From: Gordius albopunctatus
Taxonomy: Eukaryota
NCBI GenBank assembly: GCA_964276515.1
Contig: OZ193910.1
Span: 6,386,001-6,450,000 of the forward strand
Reading direction: 5' to 3'
DNA length: 64,000 bases
Shown here: piece after piece, positions 39,701 to 51,689 of the stretch
Numbering within the stretch: position 1 is the stretch's first letter
How the letters are laid out: each line of letters starts with the position of its first letter
Notes under the pieces: generated by a model
The model's input: the letters and a program-made list of their open reading frames with translations, nothing else
Told to the model about the DNA's origin: nothing
Databases searched by the model: none
Made by a program: the position numbers and the translations under genes

Positions 39701-42700
39701 ACACCTGCTCCCCCCTCCTTAATCCATAATTAACTCAATTAATGAGGGAATCCTAACACCAAGGCAGGGGCATTTAGGGTACGGGTTGAGTTATTTCTTG
39801 TCCCGGTCCCGTGGGGACACGACACATATATAGTGTTAAGCACATATAATTTATTTTAACTGCCTCAACCTTTGAGTAGCAAATTTTATGATCAAATATC
39901 TAAACAAATTAATGGGATAGGTGATTCGGGCTTAGCCTGGTAGGCACTGCCCCCCCCCTAAATGGGGAAAAAAGTTTCAATGCAAAAACCCTTTAAAAAA
40001 AATTATGTTTTCCCCCCCCCCCCTCCAATTGAACTTTTAAGCGTTTCGCCCCCCCCCCCCACCATTATCCCAAAACCTGGCACGCCCAAGCTATACTTAA
40101 ATTTAGCCCTTAGTAATTAAAGCACTCAGTTGATAATATTCTTAACTATTTACTTTTTCATTTTATTAACACGACCATCTAAATAATATTCTAATTTATG
40201 TTGACTAAAAAAGTCTAAAAAACAAGCGATAAAGTGACTAAAATTCAAACTTATTTTTTTTTTATGTTTAATGGCCAAATTATGCAAATGATCATTAAGC
40301 ATTTAACACTTTTTCGGCTCAATTTAAAATAGTAAGGCAAAAGGGACCAGTTGGGATTTTATTAATTGCTATGCAATTTTTCGCTCTCTTTCAATTATGA
40401 ATATAAAAACTAAGAAATTTATGTAATACCTTAAGTAAAGTAAAATTTGGTCCAGGATTTTAGATTATAATAAAGTTAGTAATTTATAGAGAATTGTGAT
40501 TTAGTAAGGTAGGACCAAATTAAATACCCAATAAAAAAAGTATTTTATTTTTAAATGATCTTTTAAAATTGTAAATTTTGTTTGTGCCCTACATTAGAAA
40601 CTTTATATCCAACCTTTTTAGTATACAGATAGAAATTTTTAAAAAAATGTGCGTTGTTTCTTAATTAATGCGGGACTGGGGAACAATTTCATGATTAAAT
40701 CTGCCTATGTGCGGGCCAAAAATATATTTGAGCGGGTGTCGCCTCCACTCAATATTTCGGCACGTGCAGATATTTTTTGGGGTCTATGCCAAAGCAACGT
40801 TTGGCCGGGCACAGCTAGTTTAAATGCTCTATATTCCAATCTTGTATAATTATAGCTTTGATTTTATTGACAAGAAAATTGTCAAAAATTTAAAATTAAA
40901 TAAACTAATTTATTATAGATTCAAATTAGCTTACTCTTTCGTTCACCTTGGATAAACGGCTTAATTGCTTAGTATTTTATATATAACTAGATGAACCCGG
41001 CAAATGTTGTTTTGCCATTTACCCGGGTGTATTAAATTATGTTGTAATTTTAGGGCATATATGATGATAAAGCGGTTATTGAAGTAAAAATAAAGTTTGA
41101 TAATTTTTAAACAAATAGTTAAAGAGAGTCTAAGGCCCAGGCCCACCCAAGAGAGAAAACCTGGCCCCATGCCCCCCCCCTCCCAAGGGAAAAATCTTTG
41201 GCCCCCTGGCCCTTCAAGCAATTTTATATATTTATTTGTAATATAGTTTCATTTAGATATGCAGTACTAGTGGTGATCAAAACCTAGGTTGGGTTTTCCC
41301 GAGGTCAAACCCGAGGTGGGTTTTGGGTTAAGGTTGGAAAAAGACCTTTAAGGTCTTTCAGATTCCCTAACCCAAGCAAATTGGTAGCTCTGAGTCCATA
41401 GCTTTAAATTGATAGTTGGTGATTTGATGAATTTTTTTGAATGTTTATACTCGCATGACCATGTTTGGATCATGTCAATTGCTACCACTTTGAACCTATT
41501 GATTGACATCTGTTCCCTCAACGTAAATTCATCTTTTATTAAACGATTAGTTGATTCCAGGGCATTATTGGTACTAGGGGTATAATGCCTATATCCTTCA
41601 TACCATGTATCTTTTTTATAAACCCATTCTTTATAAAAATATTCGCAAAACTTTGAGGCTTTAGATGACCATTTTTGCAATAATAAATTCGAGGCTTTTT
41701 CAAAGACCTTAGTGCTTTGAGACAAGACAATTGTAATGTATTTATATCATCTAAAATTTCTTTCTGGTATAATTTATCAGCTAGTATAACCTAATCATAA
41801 AATAGTTAACAATAATATATTTACCTTTTTTTTCTATATTTCTACGGACGTGAGCCCAACAAATCACAATTGTGTCTTTTCCAAAGACAGATTTAAATGC
41901 ATTATGTATGGAAATTGCCCCATCTATAATAAATACATCCCACTTGGGAGTTGTATTATTAATAGATTTAACTCCATTGATTAAAGTGTTAAATAAAAAT
42001 ATATAATCTTCTTCTTTTTCATTAACACATAGAGACATTCCCAAAATATGGAAATGCCTATCATAGTCAGTTGTTCCAATTATTAATAATGGATAACCTT
42101 GCCAGGTTATTTTGTATGTTGCATCGGCATGCAATATATCTGAAAACTGACTGTTTAATAAAAGCCTAAAACTAACAGATTATAAATAACTAAATACCTT
42201 TTTGTTGACATGAAAAATTTGAAATTGGAATCTTCGTATGACACCATGTAAGATACAATATAGAATTCATCATCATCAAAGGGTATTTGAGAATGAGCAA
42301 TCAGCCACTGCTCCAACTCTCCTAAACTAATTGTTGACACACCATATTTATTTCTTCTCAATGCAGTTAATGTATTTCTTAGCTGAGCCAATGAAATATT
42401 ATAATTCATTTTGTTGAGATTATGCATAATAGATTTAGGTTTGAGGCCTAAATCAAACAGTTTTTTTTATCTCATCTTTAATTTCATTATTTATTTTAAG
42501 CCTGTCAATAATTTTGGTATGAGTATGAGATGAAGTTGATGTGTATACAATAACTTTATCTGATATAGATTCATATAATATATATATTCAAGCTGCACAT
42601 TGTGGCCCTCTACACTTAACTTTGTTGCACCTTAAAAATGATTATATAAGTCATAATATTATACCTTTAATACACTTTTGTACCCTCTTCACTGTTGTTT

Positions 42701-45700
42701 TTATACATATTTCTTTGCTTCTTCAACCTTTTCATAAGTGGCAACCTTTTGCCAAATGATATTCGTACGTCTACGTTTGATTTGATTTGGTAATTTGTCC
42801 TTAACAACTTCTTCACTACTATCAGATTCATAAGGATCAAGAGTCTGATATCCTGAGAATCTAGGTTCCATGTTCATCAAGTTAAATTTGAAAGTAGCGC
42901 CAAAGGGAAGTATAGTTTTAGGAAAAAAGCTTTTTGCTATTAATATATTAACAAAAAATAACCATTATCTTGTAGCTCTATAAGTCCATGCTCTACGGTG
43001 CAAGCTCCTCCAACTTAGTTTGCGAGTTCGAGACTCGCTTAAACCGATATTTTATTTTGAAAATAATTTTAAATAACTGCAAAAATCATATTTAATGAAC
43101 AGCATCGTAATAAATAACTGAACAAATGAATTTTATACTGTCCAAAAAATTATTTTACTAAATATTATTTTTTTTACTGATCATTTAATTATTTTACTGT
43201 GCATTTGATTATTTTACTGCGCATTTGATTATTTTACTGTGCATTTGAATTTTCTACTGCGCGAAAATTTAATTTTTTACTGGGCACATTAATTTGTTCT
43301 CTTAAAAATACACCTTTATATAAAGCCTATACCTTATAAAACGATTGTTGCGCAATTATATATTCCATTTGATTAGAAATGTAAATATATGAACACCAAA
43401 ATTATATAATATAATATTAAAAATTTTAATCTAATATGATCTTGATATATACCCAATTAATAGGATAACAAGATTGGACAAAGGTTTAACTCTGCAGCCA
43501 AACCCTTTGGAGTAACTAGAATGGGAGATGGGGTTGCGGCAGGGGATGGACAGCCTGGGGCTTATAAAGCCGTCGTTCATTCTCAATACAATAGCCCTAT
43601 CAACATGTATTCTCCTGAGAATGTGGTTGACGCTTTTGAGGGTCAAACGAAGGGTATCATTACAGGTGTCCAAGGGTGAGCAATGTTATCGATTTAATTT
43701 TTAACTACCTGAAAGAATAATAGTATAATCATACAAAACATTTAAGAAATTTCGTTTTTGCATGTACCCATAGCGAATTGTGGTTATAAATTTTCCTCAT
43801 TTTAGGCTAAACCTTCAAAAGCCTTCTGATAAACCCCACATTCAACAGTCAGAAGTTTATAAATTTATACACGATCAAAAAGGTATGGCAATTTTTTGTT
43901 TATATAATTTTATCATGGGCGTAGCCAGGTTTTGGATTAGGGGGGGGGCAAAACGTAAATTTTTTTAATTAGGGTTTTTGCATTGGGAAAATATTTTTTC
44001 CGCCATTAGAATTTTATTTTTAATACTCTGATAAAGGTTCATCTTGTGGACCCCCTAACATTGTGCAATCAGGCAGCTTTAAACGGTTAGAGGATTATGT
44101 GACACCAGGACACTCGAGCGGTAAAATCTATTAATGGATTATGTTTGAATTATAGCCAATATTACTTTTAACTTGGATTCACAAAAAAAGTCAACCATTT
44201 TTTCTTTAAAACTTTTGCTGATATATTTTTAACAATACTAGTAGTTGTAAGATAAAGCAATAGCCAATATGATCAAAAATCCAAATTATTACCTGTTATT
44301 TTCTCACATAGCAAGTGTTAAAATTAGTTAAAATCAAAAAGTTGTGTATTCATTATAATACACCTATAAAAATAAGATTAAATGTAAAATAGTTTTTCGA
44401 TTTAAATCATAAATTACACCTGCTTATTAAACTCTAAACATCAACATTCGCCCCTTTTCAATTTTGTGCATAAAATAGTAATGAAGGGTATATCATTTCG
44501 CCCTATTATTTTGGAGCTAAAAGGAATAAAAATGAAAATAACAGCTTGTGCCCATATTCACGATTAAATGAGATAAAATAACTGATAAAAAACTAGATTT
44601 GGCTTTAGTGTACAAAAATATTCTAAAGTTATGTGATGTTATGAGTTATATTTTGATTTAAGCTGTAATATTAAACATGTAAAATATAATAAAGTATCAG
44701 AACAAATTCTAGGTTTTATATTCAAATGCAAAGTTTTTTTTGCATCATTGCTACGTTTTTTATATGTTTGCCAAGTTTTTAAACTATTTTACTGTTAAAA
44801 AATAAAATGCTAATTTTTTTAAATTACTAGTTTTTTATGCAAAAATATACTTTTTAATAACCTTTTATAAATTATATAAGACGTGTTATTTTTTTATTTA
44901 AGGACTTTTATAATATACCAGACTCGCGTTCGTGATGAAGCGCGAAGCGAAAAAAAGCGAAGCGAATTTTGTTCGCGAAATTTTTTAAGCAATTCGCAGG
45001 CGATCGTTGTTCATAATGCGTGCGATTTAATTCGCTTATAACATGGTTTCACACCTAACGTTAAAATACTTATATTTATATGCTATGAAAAAAATGTAAA
45101 TAAGATCAATGTAAATAGGATGAAAGAGAGTGAATATTACACTACTTTTCCTAAATAATTGAACTCTCCAGTGAAATTCTTAGATTATTTTAGGATGAGC
45201 AAGGTATAATAATAAATTAATTAGTTTTCATTAGTTTTTCGGAAACATTTTATTATATATTAGAAAAAATAACTACCAAGATAAAATCACAGAGAACAAA
45301 CTATGCATATTCCATTTCACCCGAAGAAAAATTGATGATAACTATCAGGTAAGCATTATAAATATTTTAACACAGCTTATTTTAGATATTTGGCTTGTGG
45401 AAATTCTTATCCATCAATAAGCTATTCTCATAAGATAGGAATATCAACTATACATTATATTTTGATTGAAACATGTAATGCAATATCCTCCATTTTTCAA
45501 CCCATACATTTGAAATCTCTATCTTTGGAAGATTTTGAAAATATAGCTCAAGATTTCTATAAATTATGGAATTTTCCTAATTGCATAGGTGCCCTTGATG
45601 GTAAGCACTGTGAGATAAAAAGCCTTCAAATTCTGGAAGTTCATTTTATAATTACAAGCACTATTTTTCAATAGTTTTGCAAGCAGTAGTTGTTGCTAGG

Positions 45701-48700
45701 TATAGATTTATAGTTGTTGATGTTGGTAGTAGAGGTAGTCAATCAGATGGAGGTATATTTTCCAACTCTAATTTATTTAAACAATTGGAAAATGGTGTAT
45801 TACCTATTCCTTCCCCCAAGAAGTTGCCAAACTCAAATATTATAGTTCCCCATGTGTTTGTGGCAGATGATGCCTACCCACTGAAAACTTATATCATGAA
45901 GCCCTTTAAAGGTTTGGGCACCAATTCCATCAGACACTTTAATTATAGGCTTTCTAGAGCTAGAAGGCTTGTTGAGTGTGCATTTGGTATACTCTCCTCC
46001 AAATGGAGGATTTTAGGGAGACCAATGGATACCAAAACATCTACAACTGATTTAATAATAAAAACATGTGTGATTTTACACAACTTGATTATTGATAAAG
46101 AAAATCCTCATCTCACCTGTTCTAAAAGAAAAAGATCAAGGATTCTTTCACCCACAATCTTTGAAAAACTCCACCCATGAAGCTAAACATATTTGCCTAT
46201 TGTTTTGTAATTTTTTTGATAATAATATTTTAGAATGGAAAATTTTTTAATTCATTTTGTAACTGTACAAATATAATAAATTTTTATTCATCATCAGATA
46301 TAAAGGTTAAGCATTCCAACATTATTTTTTTATAAAATTTTTCTCTACCCTTGTCAGATATTTTGTTCAGTGTTTCTTCAACTACAGTTATGACAGATGG
46401 TTTGTTCTGCTTTTTGACTTCAAGGTCAAACAGCTTCTCCAAAAAGTTGTTTTCAGTACTTTTCTTTTTAATAATGGGAGTTGGAGGTTCTATATGAATA
46501 TTAATTAATATAAGCTTTATCAATTTACCATTTTCCTTGTAACTAGTTGAAGCATCAGAACACATACTATCTAGGTTAAATGATAGATCTTCTCCAAACA
46601 TTATTGAGTCATCTAGACTAGACCATTGACTCCTAGGTTCTAAGGTAGGTCTTAAAAAGTCCATCACAGTAAAATAAGGCCAATAAGATGTGGTCAAAGC
46701 ACTTACACTTTTAAGATTTTTTGCCTTATTTAACTCTTTCATATATGTGTCTCTGAGATTCTTCCATCTAACTTTTATATCTTCACCTAAGCTAATTAGC
46801 ATTTTAAAGTTATATTATTACTTGAGACCAAATATTTTTGGGCTATTTTCTCAAATTCTTCATTCTTTTTTTTAATATCCTTATATTCTTAATGGAATTT
46901 ATCATATATCATTGGTATATCCCGAATATCATTGATCAAATCATAATTATGCAATTTCAATTTTTTCACCATCGCGCGAAAAATACAAAATGAGTTGTAT
47001 CTTATTTTGTTCGCTTTTTGCCGCGTGCGAAAATAAGCGTCTGCGATTTTACTATGAACGCCTTCCATTTAATTAATACATTTGTTATTTTCGTGCGAAT
47101 TAACTCACAATTCGCGCGTCATCACGAACGCGGGGTTAGTACGACGAGAATTAAATTAAAGCTTTAAATTTCTACTAGACGCACAATAAATTTATTGTTT
47201 TAATAAAAAACGTTTGGATTAAACGAAAACATGGATGTAGCCAGGTTTGGGATTAGGAGGGGGCAAAACGTTTAAAATTTCAATTAGGGAGGGGCAAAAC
47301 ATAAATTTTTTAATTTTTAAGGATTTTTGCACAAATTTTTTTTCCGTCATTTAGGGGGAGGGGGGGGGCAGGGCTCCCCCTTGGCTACGCCCACGATTAA
47401 AAAGTATATTTAGATTCTTTTAGTTTTTGTAAAAATGAGCAGAAGAAATAAAAATTGAGTGTAGGGAATGGGGTGATAATTTAATTTGTTCATCAAATCG
47501 CCAAATTTTTGAGATCCAGGGGAAAGAAGGGGGAGGGGGGTTTAAATCTCGGGGAATTTTAAAATATTTGATGGGGAGAGGCATGGTAGTTCCCCCCTAC
47601 CTGCCATCTGAAAGAAATCCTGTAAATAATTTAGCCCGAATCCCCTTTAAATTTGTATCGTGGGACTAATAGGTTATGAGTAGTGTTGTAAAAACGGCTG
47701 GGTTTAGTTTGACCGGCCTTTGGATTTAGTCGACCAAATATAAGCAGACCAAAGGTTTTCTGGTCCGTTTTTCTGTCGACCTTTAGGCTAAGTCATAATA
47801 ATTTGAAAAACATACCAGAAGCGAGCTAGTAAAACCAAAGGTCGACCAAACAAAACCCCCCAGCCGTTTTTACAGCACTAGTTATTATGAGTATGGGTGA
47901 TACTCCTAATAGTACCGAATACAACTACTTCTATACTAACTATGGTTGTCGGTTTACCCATTTTCTCATTATAATCTATAGGTGACGATGGGTCTCAATC
48001 TTCAAACAACCGAATTAACAATGCAAAATTTCCTGTCAAAGCGGCTACCATAAACTCCAGCGCCATAGACCACTCCTTTTCATCACCTTCTCCAGCCAAA
48101 TCTGGTTTAGAGTGTGCCGAGTGCTGTAGACTTATTCTGTAATTAATTAATTAACATCTTAATTATTTAAGTTAATTCTACATTTTAATCAATTATTAGA
48201 GGACCGTTTGTCAAAGTTGGCGATCAATGTTTTCTACATCCTGATTGCTTCAAGTGCGTAACATGCGGTACTTCACTCAAAAACCAAGGATATTATTCTA
48301 TCCACAACAAGCTTTACTGCGAAATTCATGCTAGAACACATGTTAAACCAGAATTTCAGCCTACCACAACGACTCAACCACTAAATATTGCAAGGTTTAT
48401 TAACATGTTCTTAATTACTATTTCCATGAAACTATTTTAATTACCTAGTTTTTACAAAAGGCATTTAATTTTCATTTTTTAAATGGGGAAATTTTGATTC
48501 CCTTTGAGGTCAAAGAATTGTTATATTTTTGTTTATGTATGAAAAAATTTAAAGAATTTTATAAAAGAATTGGTAATATACTTTAGAATATGTAGGATGT
48601 AATAACTTGATATGGGTAAAATTGGAGATGCAAAAGCAACAGGATGAATATTAAAGCTGGCGTGGGGGCATAGTATAGGCATTGTCTTTAACAGGAGCTC

Positions 48701-50624
48701 GCGGTTTCAAATCCCGCTTTCGGCACTTTCTTTCAAAAGATATAAATACATAACATCGTCAACACGGCTATCAGGCCTGTATAGTCAAGTGTCACCCCTC
48801 ATCCAAATATCGAAAGAAGCTGACCACCTAGTGTGACAAACAGCTATTGGGAATTTTATAGTTTATCTAGAGCTCTGCACGGGCCGGCCAAAGCTCATCC
48901 AAACTCGATCATGCCCAAGAGGGTTTCTCGAGGCCGGGATCGGGAAAAAATAAATCGAACAATCGGGCTTCGGGCTTGTGTTGGGCCTCATACGTCCCCC
49001 GCCGACGCGCGCGAGGCCTGCTAGTAACCTTTGATTTTTTTTAATATTAAAAGGGGAAATGATCCATCACCTTATGCTTATTCCGTTAACACAAACCCAA
49101 ATCCAGTTAGAACAAATCCCTCAGCACCATGGAGAAGCAATCAACCATCATCATATGCAGGTTATTTATAATCTATATTTTTGGATCTGAAAAATCATAT
49201 TTATCTCAGAAATTCATCAAAAAATCAAACTTAACAAGAAATGTTTGTGATCAGCTTGTTTAATTAATTGATAGTGTATTTCCATTTTACGAATCTCAAA
49301 TTTAAAAACAATGCTGTTCCTATTGCAGAACCAGTGTTGCCCAAAGCCTCATTTCCAGTGCAGCAATACAATCAATCTGGGCCACATGACAATTCTGGAA
49401 TAATCGGTGCTGCCAACGCGGGTTTGGGGGGCGGTTCGGCCGAAACTAACAAAAGCATGATGAAAAGAGGTTAGCGTCATTATAAATAACTTATTTGTTA
49501 GGACATACTTAGTACATCATCTGTTTTTTATCAAAGGTCATGGAATATTTAATGATAGCGTAAGTCCAGGGATGAAAATTCCCGTTTGCGATAGATGTAA
49601 CCAATATATACGGTATAAATTATTCATACCAAACGATTTAATTCTGCCATTGTTCAGAGGTCCTTATATAAGTGCTCTCAATAAATCCTGGTGCCCTAAT
49701 CATTTTATATGTTCCAATGGATCATGTGGTGTCTCTCTGCAATCTATTGGATTCGTAGAAGAAAAAGGGAAAATTTATTGTGAAAAGTGTTATGAACTTT
49801 ATTTCGCACCTAAATGTTCAAAATGCCACAATCCTATATTAGGGGTACTCTCTTTATTTTTTTTATTAAAAAATATCGCAATTATTTTAGGATTGCTTAA
49901 ATGCGCTTGAACGACCTTGGCATCCTGAGTGCTTTATATGCACTAAATGTCGTAACCCCTTCGGCAATTCAATGTTCTATATGGAAGATGGCCGACCTTA
50001 TTGTGAAAAAGGTATGTTTAATAATATTTTTAAAGAGTTTTAGGATAACATACATTTAAATTTGTTCGTAAATACCTTATAGATTGGAATGAAATTTTTA
50101 CAATCAAATGTGCTGGATGCGGACAACCTATTCAAGCTACACATCGATGGGTTGAAGCTTTAGATAAGTCCTTCCATTCTAGCTGTTTTAAATGCTCAGT
50201 AAAAGAATTATGCGCAATCTATTGTCTCAACCAGAACTCAAAAATAGTTTAATTTAATTTGAAAATAACTATATTAACAAATAATAGCACTAGATACCGA
50301 TTGAAATATGTTTCATGTTTAGGAGAGACAAACTAAATTATTCATAATTCATTATTGCAATCATATAAATTAAAGCACGTAAATCTCTTAATATAGTGTT
50401 GAAGACACTCTAATAGACTGTTAATAAATCACATTTTAAAACTTTTTTATTACTTTCTTTTTATTTCGATTATCTGTTTATTGATAAAATATTTTTCACG
50501 ATTAATTATTTAAAATATTTATATTTAATATAAACAGGTTTGTTTAAAGCCTTTGGAAGGCCAAAGTTTTTTTGCTAGAGATGGTTTACCCTTCTGCAAA
50601 GTTCATTCACAAGCAAAATGGTGA
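33715..50624 (+). CDS. Zasp52: PDZ and LIM domain protein, Zasp52/ALP-Enigma family (PDZ, ZM motif, 4 LIM)
   Basis: 14 exons in consistent phase: 33715-33825, 34903-35054, 35656-35746, 43464-43675, 43806-43882, 47982-48138, 48200-48394, 49054-49160, 49329-49469 (alternative acceptor 49275), 49537-49612, 49658-49844, 49891-50011, 50083-50198, 50538-50624; 1830 nt, 609 aa. Motifs PWGFRLQGG (PDZ), VVHSQYNSPINMYS (ZM), HPDCFKCVTCGTSLKNQGY..LYCEIHA (LIM1), and three C-terminal LIM domains. Confidence 0.95.
35306..35452. mobile_element. MITE, CATGGGCGTAGCC family
   Basis: TIR CATGGGCGTAGCCAG / CTGGCTACGCCAAG. Related copies at about 39927-40090 (inverted), 43914-44005 (partial), 47230-47395 and 27839. 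Confidence 0.7.
36010..39824 (-). mobile_element. young non-autonomous LTR retrotransposon (Ty3/gypsy, Mag-like) in Zasp intron 3
   Basis: Two apparently identical 792-bp TG...CA LTRs (36010-36801, 39033-39824), 5-bp TSD CATAT, PBS TGGTGCCCCG (39031-39022), PPT of an A-run plus GGAAGG (from 36802). The 2.2-kb interior lacks RT, RNase H and integrase. Confidence 0.95.
37255..38259 (-). CDS. 334-aa ORF: hydrophobic N-terminus, unrecognised region, N-terminal half of a retropepsin
   Basis: FIFDTGSSITII protease active-site motif. The rest of the protease (GNLLGLEI*NKFKW) continues in another frame after about 37275, so the ORF is probably disrupted. Confidence 0.6.
   Translation of the reverse strand: MLRIFLIWIFGIIVKIITNSRRFITFKVNLLCKGRKYKLCDHTENIKLHDSLIIKNTLKMGYVIYREDKYHMIYGKIINRGSEASRREARGIDVKPWQTSCTGPPLYNIKSIPLMLGRLRINWCNITNFNVSEFSDHNYLHPYAYVESLTTPRDVNENICKTGRFKMLKKGFKWEIILDTLKLARRVNDENAYAKDKNRVIKLECGCMWRIWANFMFLLIKEIDVNLITIKSQKCRSLEKAGRNKWKEKFLNYDKKSIKENDPYRELEVNVVNVILGKIPTLEIQLNNGPVTFIFDTGSSITIISKSDYFASGIRGLYTVSKIEIRILMKRCAW
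41348..43300 (-). mobile_element. Mutator/MULE element, 3'-truncated, intron-containing transposase pseudogene
   Basis: CNKVKCRGPQC...HTH zinc finger (about 42520-42630), HADATYK..GYPLLIIGTTD, IIDGA, CWAH, STNNALESTNRLIK. Four 20-bp subterminal repeats at 43181-43260. Broken at about 41360 by another repeat. Confidence 0.88.
45120..46180 (+). pseudogene. Harbinger DDE transposase (DDE_Tnp_4 type), frameshifted
   Basis: NFPNCIGALDGKH, FYNYKHYFS, DVGSRGSQSDGGIF, VADDAYPL, FNYRLSRARRLVECAFGIL. Short introns near 45203 and 45349. One-base deletion in an A-run at about 45620. Confidence 0.88.
46284..46972 (-). pseudogene. Harbinger MADF/Myb-SANT DNA-binding protein
   Basis: LINDIRDIPMIYDKFH*EYKD..., a 35-nt intron (46821-46787), then EDIKVRWKNLRDTYMKE...WPYFTVMDFL. 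One in-frame stop in exon 1. Confidence 0.82.
47681..47880. mobile_element. MITE with TAGTG termini (hAT-like)
   Basis: TIR TAGTGTTGTAAAAACGGCTGGG / CCCAGCCGTTTTTACAGCACTA, internal GTCGACC motifs, partial TSD GTTAT. Confidence 0.75.
48656..48860 (+). mobile_element. tRNA-derived SINE-like element or tRNA pseudogene
   Basis: GC-rich head with A-box-like TGGGGGCATAGT and T-arm/B-box GCGGTTTCAAATCCCGC, ending TTCGGCA. No clean cloverleaf. Confidence 0.4.
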
Positions 50625-51689
50625 CGTTCTATATACAAACAAACAAACGAGACAATCAATCCTAAAAAATTTAGAAAATTTTATATTCATATACACAATT
50701 TTATGTACATATCGAACCCTACCTTTATTTGGCTTTAATCTTTATTGCTATAATTTGCGAATTAATTCGAATAATTTTATTTCATTGCATTTGATGCTAA
50801 ATCTCGCAAAATTTAAATTCTTATTTTAAATTCACCGCAAGCTTCTTGATGAATTGTTACTTATATTTTATATACGTGTTTTTAATAAATTTTAAATCGC
50901 TTTGATTTTTTACGTAAGATGGAACAACAATCGTCAAAATAAAATTTAATATTGTGTGCAAAATTATAATAGATATGAGATATTTTTATATAGTTATAGA
51001 AATAATAGCTATATTTCTAGTTTGGTTGTTGTCTTGTGGAAAGAACTAATGTTTTTTATTAAATTTGTGAAGTTTACAATTTGTTTAATGATGAGTTCAG
51101 GAAAAATATAATTATGCGGTTACCACCCGGGCCGGAGCCAATAATTACATTTGGGACAGTTTAAATTTAGACTTTGCTGATAGATTTGCCAGAATTCGAC
51201 AATTCTTCAATCTACTGAACTAATTAATGGAAAATTTGAATAGGTTAAAGCTTCATATATTTTATTGGACAAAACAATAGTCCTATATTATTGGTAGTTA
51301 TGCGGAAAAACCGAGGAAATTCTCGGCGAGACGACGAGAATTCGAAAAATTGACCCGAAATCGAGACGAGAATTCTGATGTCGGGACGAGACGATACGAG
51401 ATTTTTTCGGCAAGATCTCGGGTTTTTATTGATCATTTGATTTTATTAAATTATTGTGTATTTTAATATGCCTGATTTATATTCAAGGTATTAAATATAA
51501 ATCAATATGAAATGAACATATTTTTTATGAAAATGACACCTAAGTGTAGTAAGATATATTTTCGGAAAGTTTAAAATTCGGCAATTACAGTTCATTTACT
51601 TAAGTAAGGATGACACTTAGGGTATGTGAATAATTTAATAATATATTTCTCACATGTATGTATCCTTAGCGTTATTAAATGTTTCAAAA

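Larger units (their letters stand above)
44921..47136 (+). mobile_element. PIF/Harbinger transposon with two convergent genes, in Zasp intron 5
   Basis: TIR CGCGTTCGTGATGA(A/C)GCGCGAA at both ends, with a transposase on plus and a MADF/Myb-SANT gene on minus. TSD not resolved. Confidence 0.9.

Noticed and set aside
36096..39733. Duplicated short ORFs (79, 72 and 70 aa)
   Set aside because: Chance ORFs within the two LTR copies.
43431..43673. 80-aa minus-strand ORF
   Set aside because: Antisense shadow of Zasp exon 4.
50572..50829. 85-aa plus-strand ORF
   Set aside because: Out-of-frame overlap with the last Zasp exon and its 3' UTR, with a non-ATG start.
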